DNA from: Minisyncoccia bacterium
GTDB lineage: Bacteria > Patescibacteriota > Minisyncoccia > Phycocordibacterales > GWA1-40-21
Length of the DNA: 64,000 nucleotides
NCBI GenBank assembly: GCA_049695975.1
Contig: JBAVTE010000012.1
Coordinates: forward strand, 71,665 to 135,664
Reading direction: 5' to 3'
Below the pieces are notes generated by a model that was not told the origin of the DNA, did not search any database, and saw only the letters and a program-made list of their open reading frames with translations. Of the stretch, positions 1 through 9,235 are shown in pieces; positions within the stretch are counted from its first letter, which is position 1; each line of letters starts with the position of its first letter. The position numbers were made by a program, and so were the translations under genes.

Positions 1-255
1 AATCAAAAGTCTGCGATGCAAGTCGCAGAAGCTAGAGGCGTCATAATGTATGAAAGTAAAAGAAATAATTTAGAAATTTTTGAATATTCTCCGATGGCAG
101 TAAAAATTGCGGTCACTGGATATGGGAAAAGTGACAAAATTCAAGTGACAAATATGGTAAAAAGATTAGTTAAAATCACAAAGCCGATTAAGCATGATGA
201 TGAGTATGATGCTATTGCGATAGGCCTTACTTTTTTTGCAACGCAAAAGAGATAG
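1..255 (+). CDS. ruvC: Holliday junction resolvase RuvC, C-terminal part (5' truncated by window edge)
   Basis: The frame is open from nt 1. The translation ...KIAVTGYGKSDKIQV...HDDEYDAIAIGLTFF matches the RuvC C-terminal catalytic region, including the conserved D-A-A-D-A-x-A motif. Confidence 0.8.
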   Translation, partial: NQKSAMQVAEARGVIMYESKRNNLEIFEYSPMAVKIAVTGYGKSDKIQVTNMVKRLVKITKPIKHDDEYDAIAIGLTFFATQKR

Positions 256-258
256 TGA

Positions 259-351
259 AAAAAGTGTGGGCGTATTTAAATTTTGAGGTCCTCGGGTCGG
301 CCTTATGATGGCATCAACCAAACTCTCAAAATTTAAATACGCCCACACTTT
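259..351. terminator. long perfect palindrome (29-bp arms, 35-nt loop) between convergent ruvC and the acidic ORF; probable bidirectional terminator
   Basis: Left arm AAAAAGTGTGGGCGTATTTAAATTTTGAG at 259-287; right arm CTCAAAATTTAAATACGCCCACACTTTTT at 323-351. Confidence 0.55.
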
Positions 352-373
352 TTGAACTTCCATTTTTATTCAA

Positions 374-586
374 CTACCAATCATTTGCAACTCTAAAATC
401 TCCAGAATCAATCATATCATCATCTTCTAATTCCCCTCCGCTAATAAGTGGATCCTCATCCTCTAGAGCCTCTTCCCCACCAGAGTCAGCTACTTCAAAA
501 GCACTTTCGAGAATATCAGGGTTTGATTCTTTTACTTCTTCCGCTTCTTCTCCTTTATTTACATCTTCTTCTTTTATTTTTTTCAT
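374..586 (-). CDS. small highly acidic hypothetical protein (70 aa, D/E-rich)
   Basis: Intact ORF, convergent with ruvC. Low-complexity acidic composition; no recognisable domain. Confidence 0.35.
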   Translation of the reverse strand: MKKIKEEDVNKGEEAEEVKESNPDILESAFEVADSGGEEALEDEDPLISGGELEDDDMIDSGDFRVANDW

Positions 587-691
587 ATTATTTTTTTGCT
601 CAAAATCGAGCTTTTGTATATTTTCTAATTTCTATCATTTTTTGCAAGAGTAAAATAGCACAAAACTGTGGATAACTTTTTTGAACAAAAA

Positions 692-912
692 TAGTTAGTA
701 AGAAAAACTTTTTTCGAACGATTTAGCGTAGCAAGCAGAAAATCAACAAAATTTTTAGAAAAACGAGACTGTTTGACGAGTCTGCGAGGAGTTTTGAGTT
801 TTTCGCCCGACCGACACGCTTTCTTAAGCGTTGCGGTCGGGTTAAGAAAATTTTGTATGATTTTCTAGATTGCGTAGCTATTAGTGAGAAAAGAGTTTTT
901 CTTACTAACTAT
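692..912. repeat. MITE-like element A1 (long form) with a nested ~150-nt insertion flanked by GCGTAGC direct repeats
   Basis: The outer 23-bp inverted repeat is TAGTTAGTAAGAAAAACTTTTTT on the left and AAAAGAGTTTTTCTTACTAACTA on the right. The core ends CGAACGATTTAGCGTAGC … GCGTAGCTATTAGTGAGAAAAG match A2, and the extra internal segment is bounded by the 7-nt direct repeat GCGTAGC. A DnaA box TGTGGATAA lies at 666-674, just upstream. Confidence 0.6.
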
Positions 913-923
913 TTTTGCTCAAC

Positions 924-2123
924 TTAAATAGTAATTTTTATAAATCTCTTTTTTCCCACCTTCACCACAATCTCCTTTTCAATCTTAAAATCAAATTTAT
1001 CTATTTTTTCTCCGGAAACTGCGTCGCTCACAGCCCCTTCGTTAATCAATCGGCGAAAATCTGTATTTGAAGAAACTATTTTTGCAGAAACAAGAGTTTT
1101 ACCAAGAAAATCCCCTACACTAACCTTTATTTCTTCAAGATTCTCCGGCAATCCCCCTTTTTTAAAAGTATTTATAAAGTTTTCCTCAGCTTTATCGGCT
1201 TCTTGTTTATTAAAATATAAAGAAACCATTTCTTTGGCTAAAATTATTTTTATATCTCTTGGATTTTCTCCTCTTTCCATTCTTTCTTTCATTTCTTTTA
1301 TCTTTTCTGTAGAAACATCTGTGCAAAGTTCAAAGCCAGAAAGTATCATACCGTCAGTCCAGCTCATCACTTTTCCAAACATATCAAAAGGCTCGCATTC
1401 AAGCGAAATCATATTCCCTGTTGTCTTTCCCATTTTATCTCCATTTGCATCCGCGAGTAATTTGGTAGTAATAACAAATTTTTCTTTATTAAGAACCTCC
1501 TTCACTAAGTCACGGCCCGCTAGCATGTTAAACATTTGGTCATTTCCTCCAATCTCTCCATCAACATCCATAGCAATACTGTCATACCCTTGCATTAAAG
1601 GGTACATAAATTCATGAATATGTATGGGCCTTCCTTCTGTAATTCTCTTTTGGTACATATCCCTTTTAAGCATTTGATCAACGGTCATTTTTGAGGCCAA
1701 TTCCAAAACTTTTTCTAAATTCATTTTAGCAAGCCATTTTGAATTGTATTTAAGTTCTGCTCCCCGGAAACCGAATTTTAAAAATCTTGAAGCTTGTTTC
1801 TTATAATTTTTACAATTATTCAACACTTCTTTTCTTGTGAGAGGAACCCTTAGAGAAAGTTTATCTGGATCGCCAATGGTTGCAGTAAAATCACCGATTA
1901 AAAGAATGACTTTGTGTCCTAGCTTTTGAAGTTCGGTTAATTTTCTAATTGGAATACTATGTCCTATATGTAATGACGGTCCAGTAGGATCTATTCCAAG
2001 GTAAATAGTCTGTCTTTCACCAGATAAAAGTTTCTTTTTTAAAAATTCTCTATTAGGGTAAATATTTTCTATTCCTCTATTTAAAATCTCATCTATTTTC
2101 TTTTCATCTGTGTCTATTTTCAT
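924..2123 (-). CDS. tyrS: tyrosyl-tRNA synthetase
   Basis: Class I HIGH motif (GIDPTGPSLHIGHS), KMSKS-type motif (KMGKT) and a C-terminal S4-like RNA-binding region. Confidence 0.85.
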   Translation of the reverse strand: MKIDTDEKKIDEILNRGIENIYPNREFLKKKLLSGERQTIYLGIDPTGPSLHIGHSIPIRKLTELQKLGHKVILLIGDFTATIGDPDKLSLRVPLTRKEVLNNCKNYKKQASRFLKFGFRGAELKYNSKWLAKMNLEKVLELASKMTVDQMLKRDMYQKRITEGRPIHIHEFMYPLMQGYDSIAMDVDGEIGGNDQMFNMLAGRDLVKEVLNKEKFVITTKLLADANGDKMGKTTGNMISLECEPFDMFGKVMSWTDGMILSGFELCTDVSTEKIKEMKERMERGENPRDIKIILAKEMVSLYFNKQEADKAEENFINTFKKGGLPENLEEIKVSVGDFLGKTLVSAKIVSSNTDFRRLINEGAVSDAVSGEKIDKFDFKIEKEIVVKVGKKRFIKITI

Positions 2124-4719
2124 CTTTAAAATATATCACAAGAAAAGTTTTTTGTCCTGTATATCACTCATATTTTATGATATTATTTTACAAATGATAA
2201 TTAATAAAATAATTCACAATATTTATAGAAAAATAAAGAGAAACTTTAAAAAAATACTCATTTCTTTTGTAATTTTTGCTTTTTTAGTCTGTGGTATTCT
2301 CGCCTTATGGCTATCTACACTTACTATACCAGACATCAGCTCTTTTGAGACAAGAAAAGTAGTCGAGTCCACTAAAATTTACGACAAAACAGGCAAAATA
2401 CTTCTCTATGATGTACATGCAAACGAAAAGAGAACCGCTGTGCCTTTTAATACGATTTCAAGGAATATTAAAAATGCAACTATTGCCATTGAAGACGCAG
2501 AATTTTACAGCCATCCTGGTATTAGAATCACTTCTTTAATCAGGGCAACTCTCGCAAATATATTTTCTGGTGGTTATTCACAGGGAGGATCCACTATTAC
2601 ACAGCAAGTAGTCAAAAACACTTTACTAACCACAGATAAAACATTCTCAAGAAAAATAAAGGAAATATACCTGTCTTTAAAAATAGAAAGGATTTTTTCT
2701 AAAGACCAAATTTTATCTATTTATCTAAATGAAACCCCTTATGGTGGAAACATTTATGGTGTAGAAGAAGCAAGCCGAACATTTTTTGGAAAGAGTTCTT
2801 CGGACTTGTCCATTATAGAGTCAGCATACCTTGCTGCTATACCTCAAGCTCCTACTTTTTATTCGCCTTATGGAAATAATAAAGACAAATTGGACGCAAG
2901 AAAAAATCTCGTCCTCAAAAAAATGTTGGACAGTAAGTTTATAACACAAGAAGAGTACGCCTCGTCAAAAAAAGAAAAAATTACTTTTCAACCAAGGGAT
3001 CCTTACGGTATACTCGCTCCTCATTTTGTTGAATTTGTAAAACAATATTTAGCAAATAAATATGGTGCAACTGCGATAGAAGAAAATGGTTATAAAGTTA
3101 TCACTACACTTGATTATGACATACAAGCAAAAGCAGAAGCGGTCGTTAAAGAATATGCTCTAGAAAACGCAAAAAATTTCAACGCAGAAAATGCAGCCCT
3201 CGTGGCAATAGATCCAAGAAATGGCCAAATACTCGCAATGGTTGGCTCTCGCGACTATTTTGATAAAGTAATAGATGGTCAATTTAATGTAGCAATTGCC
3301 AATAGACAACCTGGATCCACCTTCAAACCTTTTGTATATGCAACTGCTTTTGAAAAAGGATATACACCAGATACAGTTCTTTTTGATATTCCAACAGAAT
3401 TTCAAAGTACCTGTACACCAGAAGGAAAACCTATAGATCCTAGTGGTGACCCTAACCAATGCTATATGCCAGAAGATTATGATGGACTATATTTAGGGCC
3501 AATGACATTAAGAGATGCTCTTGCCCAGTCCAGAAACATTCCATCAATCAAAACTTTATACTTAGCTGGAATAAAAGACTCTCTAAAAACTGCACAAGAT
3601 ATGGGTATTACTACATTATCCAATAACCCAGATCAGTATGGCCTCACGCTCGTACTTGGAGGTGGAGAAGTCTCGCCACTCGACCTTACAAGTGCATATG
3701 GAGTGTTTGCAAACAATGGTATTCGAAACCCTTATGCATCAATAATTTCTATTACAGATAAAAATGGTAACGAAATAGAAAAATATACACCAAGACCAGA
3801 AACAGTACTCGATCAAAATATTTCATCTCATATTTCAGATATACTTTCTGATAATATTGCGCGAACTCCTGCTTACGGAGAAAATTCCCCTCTCTATTTT
3901 CCCGGAAGACCTGTCGCATCAAAAACAGGTACCACAAATGATTACAAAGATGTATGGATTGTGGGCTATACGCCAAGTTTAGTCGTCGGTGCTTGGGCAG
4001 GAAATAATAACAACTCCCCCATGAAAAAGAAGGTAGCGGGCATGATAATTGCTCCGATGTGGAGAGCATTTATGGACAAAGTATTACCAAATATGCCAGT
4101 TGAACACTTCCCAACACCAAGGTCTATAGATCAAAACATCAAACCAATATTACGTGGTTTTTGGCAGGGTAATCAAACATATTTTATAGACAAGATTTCA
4201 GGAAAGCTTGCTACAGATATGACACCAGATGAAACCAAACAAGAAAAATCAATCACAAATATACATTCAATCTTGTATTGGGTAGACAAAAACAATCCCT
4301 TGGGTGGTGCCCCTCAAAATCCCGACAATGATTACCAATTTAGTTTATGGGAATACTCAGTTCAAAAGTGGTTAAGAAATAATCCTATAATTACAAATAC
4401 ACCTCCAACAATGACAGATGATGTGCATACTACAATGAACACTCCACAAGTCATAGTACTCTCTCCGGATGAAACCACTGTCTACAATAAGGACACTAGA
4501 ATAACCGCAATTATTTCTATTAGTTCAAGATATACTCCATTAAAAGCCAATTTTTATGTAAATGGAGAATATATAGGTGAATCACACAATATTCCTTTTA
4601 ATATTTCCTTTGTTCCCAGCGAAATTTCATCCCTACAATCAAAAAATGAATTAAAAATAGATGCATATGACAGTGCATACAATAAAGTAGAAAAAATTAT
4701 TACTTTTAATGTGAATTAA
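2110..4719 (+). CDS. mrcA: class A penicillin-binding protein (PBP1A-type transglycosylase/transpeptidase)
   Basis: Glycosyltransferase motifs (IAIEDAEFYSHPGI, RKIKE), a transpeptidase SxxK-type region and an N-terminal TM helix. The true start is probably the internal Met near 2194, because the annotated start overlaps the tyrS start. Confidence 0.85.
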   Translation: MSIFIFKIYHKKSFLSCISLIFYDIILQMIINKIIHNIYRKIKRNFKKILISFVIFAFLVCGILALWLSTLTIPDISSFETRKVVESTKIYDKTGKILLYDVHANEKRTAVPFNTISRNIKNATIAIEDAEFYSHPGIRITSLIRATLANIFSGGYSQGGSTITQQVVKNTLLTTDKTFSRKIKEIYLSLKIERIFSKDQILSIYLNETPYGGNIYGVEEASRTFFGKSSSDLSIIESAYLAAIPQAPTFYSPYGNNKDKLDARKNLVLKKMLDSKFITQEEYASSKKEKITFQPRDPYGILAPHFVEFVKQYLANKYGATAIEENGYKVITTLDYDIQAKAEAVVKEYALENAKNFNAENAALVAIDPRNGQILAMVGSRDYFDKVIDGQFNVAIANRQPGSTFKPFVYATAFEKGYTPDTVLFDIPTEFQSTCTPEGKPIDPSGDPNQCYMPEDYDGLYLGPMTLRDALAQSRNIPSIKTLYLAGIKDSLKTAQDMGITTLSNNPDQYGLTLVLGGGEVSPLDLTSAYGVFANNGIRNPYASIISITDKNGNEIEKYTPRPETVLDQNISSHISDILSDNIARTPAYGENSPLYFPGRPVASKTGTTNDYKDVWIVGYTPSLVVGAWAGNNNNSPMKKKVAGMIIAPMWRAFMDKVLPNMPVEHFPTPRSIDQNIKPILRGFWQGNQTYFIDKISGKLATDMTPDETKQEKSITNIHSILYWVDKNNPLGGAPQNPDNDYQFSLWEYSVQKWLRNNPIITNTPPTMTDDVHTTMNTPQVIVLSPDETTVYNKDTRITAIISISSRYTPLKANFYVNGEYIGESHNIPFNISFVPSEISSLQSKNELKIDAYDSAYNKVEKIITFNVN

Positions 4720-4722
4720 AAG

Positions 4723-4977
4723 TTAAACAATCTCTTTTGTAATATTATTTCCTAGTTCTATAAGTTTTTTAAAAATTTTATCTTTTTTTAAAAAAATTTC
4801 ATTTTTTAGGACAGAAGATTCTTTAATTTTCACTTTATTACCCAAAACTTCAATTCTTTTTTCATCTGGATAAAAACCAGTTATAAAAAATATAGCTTCA
4901 ACAACCGTTTTTTTTATAAAAGAATTTTTTTGAGAAAGTTCTTTAAATTTTTCTAAAAATCCAGATATATTAAACAT
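4723..4977 (-). CDS. small hypothetical protein downstream of dnaN (84 aa), possibly DUF721/DciA-like
   Basis: Intact ORF, translationally coupled to dnaN (stop and start abut). The function is guessed from its position only. Confidence 0.3.
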   Translation of the reverse strand: MFNISGFLEKFKELSQKNSFIKKTVVEAIFFITGFYPDEKRIEVLGNKVKIKESSVLKNEIFLKKDKIFKKLIELGNNITKEIV

Positions 4978-6080
4978 TATCTATTCATAGGCATTACGAG
5001 ATATGTGTATGATTTGTCACCAGTTCCACAAATAACCATAGGTTTTGTAAGTCCATTAAAAAATAAGGTAATACTATCTGTATCAATAAATGACAGACAA
5101 TCAAGAATATACTTATAATTAAAATTAATCTCTACATCTTCTCCTTCAAGAACAGAATCTATAGTATTTACATTTTCACCTACATTTGAATTTTTTGTTT
5201 TAAATGTAAAAGTTTTTGTTTTTGGTGAAATTTTTACATTTATTTGATTGAAATTATCAGAAAAAATATTTGAAACTTTTAATGTATTTATGAGATCTTG
5301 TTTTAAAACAGTTGCTTGTGTTTTAAAATCTTTAGCTATTATTTGTTTATAATCAGGAAATGTTCCATCTACTACTCTAGAAACAATATAAATATTATTA
5401 TAAATAAAAGATATTTGATTTTTTGTAATACCAACTTCAATATCATCATCTATATCATCAAAAATTCTCATTATTTCTAGAGTATTTTTAAAAGGAATTA
5501 AAATAGGACTAAAATCTAATGCTCGTTTTGTTTTGATTTTCTTTTCTGCTAAACGAAAAGAATCTGTGGCCACAAAAATAACACTTTCTTCATTACAATA
5601 CATATAAACACTTGAAAATTCTGGCTTTATTGTCGAAACAGAAGAACTAAAAGAGACAGAACGAAGTCCTTTTATTAAATCTTTAGAATTTATTTTAAAT
5701 GTTTTGTCGGCATCTACAAGAGGAATAGTAGGAAAATCTTCTTTTGCATGTGTTTTTATTATTGCCTTATTTGATGGGGTATATATTTTTATATTATCAT
5801 TTTCAGTAGTTTCTATAATAATATTTTTATCTTCATCAGTATTAGTAAGAAAATTGTTTAAAACTTGAGCAGGTATAGCGACAGAGCCACTTTCCTCTAT
5901 TTTAACAGGAATTGATATTTCCACACCAAGATCAAGGTTTGTAGCCTTTATATAAAGTAAATTCTTTTTAGTTTCAAATAAAAGGCAAGAAAGTACTGGA
6001 AGGGTGAGATTTTTACCAGATACCTTTTCTGCTTTTCCAACTACAATACCTAATTTTTCTTTTATACATTCTATTTTCAT
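4977..6080 (-). CDS. dnaN: DNA polymerase III beta sliding clamp
   Basis: 367 aa with typical DnaN N-terminus (MKIECIKEKL...LSCLLFE...). Sits immediately downstream of dnaA. Confidence 0.9.
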   Translation of the reverse strand: MKIECIKEKLGIVVGKAEKVSGKNLTLPVLSCLLFETKKNLLYIKATNLDLGVEISIPVKIEESGSVAIPAQVLNNFLTNTDEDKNIIIETTENDNIKIYTPSNKAIIKTHAKEDFPTIPLVDADKTFKINSKDLIKGLRSVSFSSSVSTIKPEFSSVYMYCNEESVIFVATDSFRLAEKKIKTKRALDFSPILIPFKNTLEIMRIFDDIDDDIEVGITKNQISFIYNNIYIVSRVVDGTFPDYKQIIAKDFKTQATVLKQDLINTLKVSNIFSDNFNQINVKISPKTKTFTFKTKNSNVGENVNTIDSVLEGEDVEINFNYKYILDCLSFIDTDSITLFFNGLTKPMVICGTGDKSYTYLVMPMNR

Positions 6081-6300
6081 ATTTTTGTTTTTAATTTAAA
6101 TAAATTTATATATTAGGATTGTTTATTTGTTTATAATTATTTTTATCTTTAATTTTCCTTATTCTTTTCTAATTTTTTGTTTTAAATATTGTTCCTAATT
6201 TGTTGTTATTTTTTTGTTAAATATTTTATTTTACTTTTATGTGTATAACTCATACTTTTATTAACAGTTTTTACTAGTGTTATCCACAGATTATTATATT
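6081..6300. promoter_or_regulatory. candidate oriC/DNA-unwinding region between dnaA and dnaN (very AT-rich, one perfect DnaA box)
   Basis: 220 bp of >80% A+T with a perfect TTATCCACA at ~6280-6288, adjacent to the dnaA stop. Confidence 0.45.
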
Positions 6301-7638
6301 CTATTTCAACATTGTTTGTATTTGTTCTATTTCGTTTGCAAGTACACTGTCATTTTTAATATCATTTTTAATTTTCTCATATGAATGTATGACTGTCGAA
6401 TGGTCTCTGTTACCCACTTTTTCCCCGATTGATGGAAAAGATATGTCAAAATTTTCCCTCAAAATATACATTATTATCTGTCTTGGTTTAATAACTTCTT
6501 TTTTTCTACCCTTTTCGTATATTTCTTCTTCCTTAATTCCATAAAATTCAGAAATTGTTTTAATAACTTCTTTAACAGATCTATTTTTCTTTGGTTTTGT
6601 GGTATTTTTAATTAAATCTTTAATTTCATTTATGTTTAAATCTTTGTTTTTTAGTTGAGTTTGGCAAAAAATAGAGTTTAAAACTCCCTCAAGTTCTCTT
6701 ATATTACCTTCTATTGATGATGCAAGATATTCTATTATTTCGCTTGATATAGAAAGATTCATAAGGGATGATTTTTTTGTAAAAATTTGGATTCTTGATT
6801 CAAAATCTGGCTTCTGAATCTCCACTATCATCCCTGCATTGAATCTGGATTTAATTCTATCTTCTATATCAGGAATAAAATTAGGGTGTTTGTCTGAAGA
6901 AAATATTAATTGTTTACTATTATCATGAAAATTATTAAACAAATGGAAAAATTCTTCTTGGGACTTGTCTTTTTTTGATAAAAACTGGATATCGTCGATA
7001 ATAAGCATGTCATACTTCTTATATTTTTCTTTAAAATTGTTTATTGTGCCGTTAGTTAAAGAGTTAAAATAATCATTAACAAATTTTTCCGAAGTCATAT
7101 AGAAGATTTTTTTAGTTGGGTCGCTTGTTTTAAAATGATTCCCTATCGCCTGTATGAGGTGGGTCTTACCGTGACCTGTGCTTCCATAAATAAAAAGTGG
7201 ATTATAAATGACAGATTTTTTTAGTATTGCTTGAGATGCTGCGTGGGCGAGCTCATTGAAAGGGCCGACGACGAATGAATTGAAGGTATATTTTGGGTTT
7301 AAGTTGTCTTCTTTGTTTATATAACATTCGTGTAAGGGCAACTCATTGTGATGTGGGGTTTTTGCCTCCTCAGATGATTTTTTTATTTCTTCTTTTGATA
7401 CAAGATATTGAATAGCCCTGATGTGCTCACCAAAATTTCTTAAATTTTTCATAATATCCTTATGATATTTATTGAAAAGCCAGTCTTTTACAAAAACATT
7501 TGGTACGGCCAAAAATACTACGCCATCTTCCTGCTTTATAATATAAGTATCTTTGAACCACATACTAAAATTGGCTTTTGACAGAGCCAATTCCATCCCA
7601 GCGAGAACATTATTCCAAAGCGTTTTGTTGTCTAACAT
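6301..7638 (-). CDS. dnaA: chromosomal replication initiator DnaA
   Basis: Walker A GSTGHGKTHL, AAA+ motifs, and a C-terminal DnaA-box-binding helix-turn-helix (…IGEKVGNRDHSTVIH…). Confidence 0.95.
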   Translation of the reverse strand: MLDNKTLWNNVLAGMELALSKANFSMWFKDTYIIKQEDGVVFLAVPNVFVKDWLFNKYHKDIMKNLRNFGEHIRAIQYLVSKEEIKKSSEEAKTPHHNELPLHECYINKEDNLNPKYTFNSFVVGPFNELAHAASQAILKKSVIYNPLFIYGSTGHGKTHLIQAIGNHFKTSDPTKKIFYMTSEKFVNDYFNSLTNGTINNFKEKYKKYDMLIIDDIQFLSKKDKSQEEFFHLFNNFHDNSKQLIFSSDKHPNFIPDIEDRIKSRFNAGMIVEIQKPDFESRIQIFTKKSSLMNLSISSEIIEYLASSIEGNIRELEGVLNSIFCQTQLKNKDLNINEIKDLIKNTTKPKKNRSVKEVIKTISEFYGIKEEEIYEKGRKKEVIKPRQIIMYILRENFDISFPSIGEKVGNRDHSTVIHSYEKIKNDIKNDSVLANEIEQIQTMLK

Positions 7639-7728
7639 TTATAACCCTATTATATACTGTGAACGCTGTGGACAACAACTTAAATAAGTTAATAAATTGT
7701 GTACAAACTGTTTATTATTTTTTGTTTC

Positions 7729-7848
7729 CCTGCCCCTCTGAAGAAAGTCCTTCTGAACGGCACGGATATTTTTTTGCTAAAAAATTCCTCGTGATCGCGC
7801 CGTCGCGCTCCCAAGTCCGTTCAGAAGGACTTTCTTCAGAGGGGCAGG
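7729..7848. repeat. perfect 32-bp inverted repeat with a 56-nt spacer, in the dnaA-rpmH divergent intergenic region
   Basis: Left arm CCTGCCCCTCTGAAGAAAGTCCTTCTGAACGG at 7729-7760; its exact reverse complement at 7817-7848. The spacer contains the GC-rich 17-mer TCGCGCCGTCGCGCTCC, which also occurs at ~59745. Confidence 0.8.
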
Positions 7849-7887
7849 AACCTTGCGCTCTTTTTAAAAAAGTGTATACTTTATCCT

Positions 7888-8022
7888 ATGTCAGTCACAT
7901 ATCAACCAAAAAAGAGAAAAAGAGCAAAAGTCCATGGCTTTCTTGTAAGGTCTAAATCAAAATTTGGCAGAAATACTATCAAAAGAAGAAGACAGCGAGG
8001 AAGAAATAAATTAACTGTATAA
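7888..8022 (+). CDS. rpmH: 50S ribosomal protein L34
   Basis: 44 aa, [44 protein letters not shown]. Not in the ORF track because it is under 60 aa. Divergent from dnaA, the classic arrangement. Confidence 0.9.
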   Translation: MSVTYQPKKRKRAKVHGFLVRSKSKFGRNTIKRRRQRGRNKLTV

Positions 8023-8083
8023 TAGACGAATATGGGGGCTAAAAGCCCCTTTCGTCTTAATTTACCCTTAGTGAACAAAAAAT

Positions 8084-8434
8084 ATGCTTGCCAAAAAATA
8101 TAGAATTTCTAGTGAGGATATAGGTAGAACCATAAAAAATGGTAAAAGTTTTCATGCAGATCACTTTTATGGTAAATTTGCTTTGAATAATACAAAAAAC
8201 TCAAGATTTGCTGTCGTTTCGTCTATTAAAATAGAAAAAACTTCGGTAGGCAGACACCTTTTAAAGAGAAGAATCTCTTCTACTATTGAGAGTTTTTTTA
8301 AAAAAAATCCTAAGTCGTTAGAAATACCATTTGATTTGATCATTTTTTCAAAAAAAGGGGCACCTCTTTTAAGTTTTTTTCAAATTTCTATCGAAGTCAG
8401 TCAGATTTTAGAGAATACTCATAAAAATTTTTAA
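8084..8434 (+). CDS. rnpA: RNase P protein component
   Basis: 116 aa basic protein directly after rpmH, in the rpmH-rnpA-yidC-jag order. Confidence 0.8.
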   Translation: MLAKKYRISSEDIGRTIKNGKSFHADHFYGKFALNNTKNSRFAVVSSIKIEKTSVGRHLLKRRISSTIESFFKKNPKSLEIPFDLIIFSKKGAPLLSFFQISIEVSQILENTHKNF

Positions 8435-8470
8435 GGTTGAATATTCGCGTATTTCTGTTAGTATTACAGA

Positions 8471-9229
8471 ATGATTCATTTTATTTTTCAAAATTTTTTT
8501 TATATTCCACTTTATAACTTCATGGTTGCTATTTTAGGGGCTTTTCCATATTTTTCTATTGGATTTGCCATCATAGTTCTGACTTTTATTGTACGAATAA
8601 TCCTTTTTCCTCTTTCAAAGAAGGCTGTGAGAACCCAGATTGAAATGAAGATTATTGAACCAGAAATAGAAGAAATAAAGAATAAATATAAAGATAATAA
8701 GCAGGAGCAGTCTATGCAAATTATGAAGCTTTATAAAGAAAAAGGAGTCAATCCATTTTCTAGCATTTTTCTAATTCTTCTTCAGCTTCCTGTGCTTATT
8801 GCATTATATTATGTTTTTTTAAGTGGTGGTTTACCAAAAATAGATTATTCTCTTCTTTACCCTTTTGTTTATCCTCCTGTGACAATCAATATGTTTTTTC
8901 TTGGTATAGATACGATGCAAAAAAGCATTGTTTTCGCAATTTTGGCTGGTGTGACACAGTTCTGGCAGATACAGGTAGCTACACCTATGAAAAGCACCGT
9001 CAAAAAAGACCCTTCTGCAAAGAGAAGTATGGGCGATGACTTGGCAAAAAGTATGAATTTTCAAATGAAATTCATAATGCCTATCTTTATGTTCTTCATC
9101 GCATGGAGCTTCCCTGTCGTTGTATCTATCTATCTTATTACTACAAACCTCTTTTCAGTCGCGCAGGAGTTTTATATGAGAGGAAAGATGGCGAGTGAGA
9201 AGGCAGGTGTGCAAAAGGTTAATAATTAA
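8471..9229 (+). CDS. yidC: membrane protein insertase YidC/Oxa1 family
   Basis: Multi-TM protein with the conserved YidC core (…LPVLIALYYVF…), in the conserved operon context. Confidence 0.85.
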   Translation: MIHFIFQNFFYIPLYNFMVAILGAFPYFSIGFAIIVLTFIVRIILFPLSKKAVRTQIEMKIIEPEIEEIKNKYKDNKQEQSMQIMKLYKEKGVNPFSSIFLILLQLPVLIALYYVFLSGGLPKIDYSLLYPFVYPPVTINMFFLGIDTMQKSIVFAILAGVTQFWQIQVATPMKSTVKKDPSAKRSMGDDLAKSMNFQMKFIMPIFMFFIAWSFPVVVSIYLITTNLFSVAQEFYMRGKMASEKAGVQKVNN

Positions 9230-9235
9230 AATAAA

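Noticed and set aside
349-358. Recurrent 8-mer TTTTGAAC next to several repeat elements and palindromes (349, 676, 712, 30741, 32141, 58289)
   Set aside because: Inside the family A and B elements it is part of the conserved terminal repeat. The additional isolated occurrences are within chance expectation for an A/T-rich 8-mer in 128 kb of two-strand sequence, so no separate claim is made.
2110-2123. 14-nt overlap of divergent tyrS and PBP1A start codons, considered as a shared regulatory feature
   Set aside because: More simply explained by an over-extended PBP1A start; an internal Met at ~2194 precedes the TM helix.
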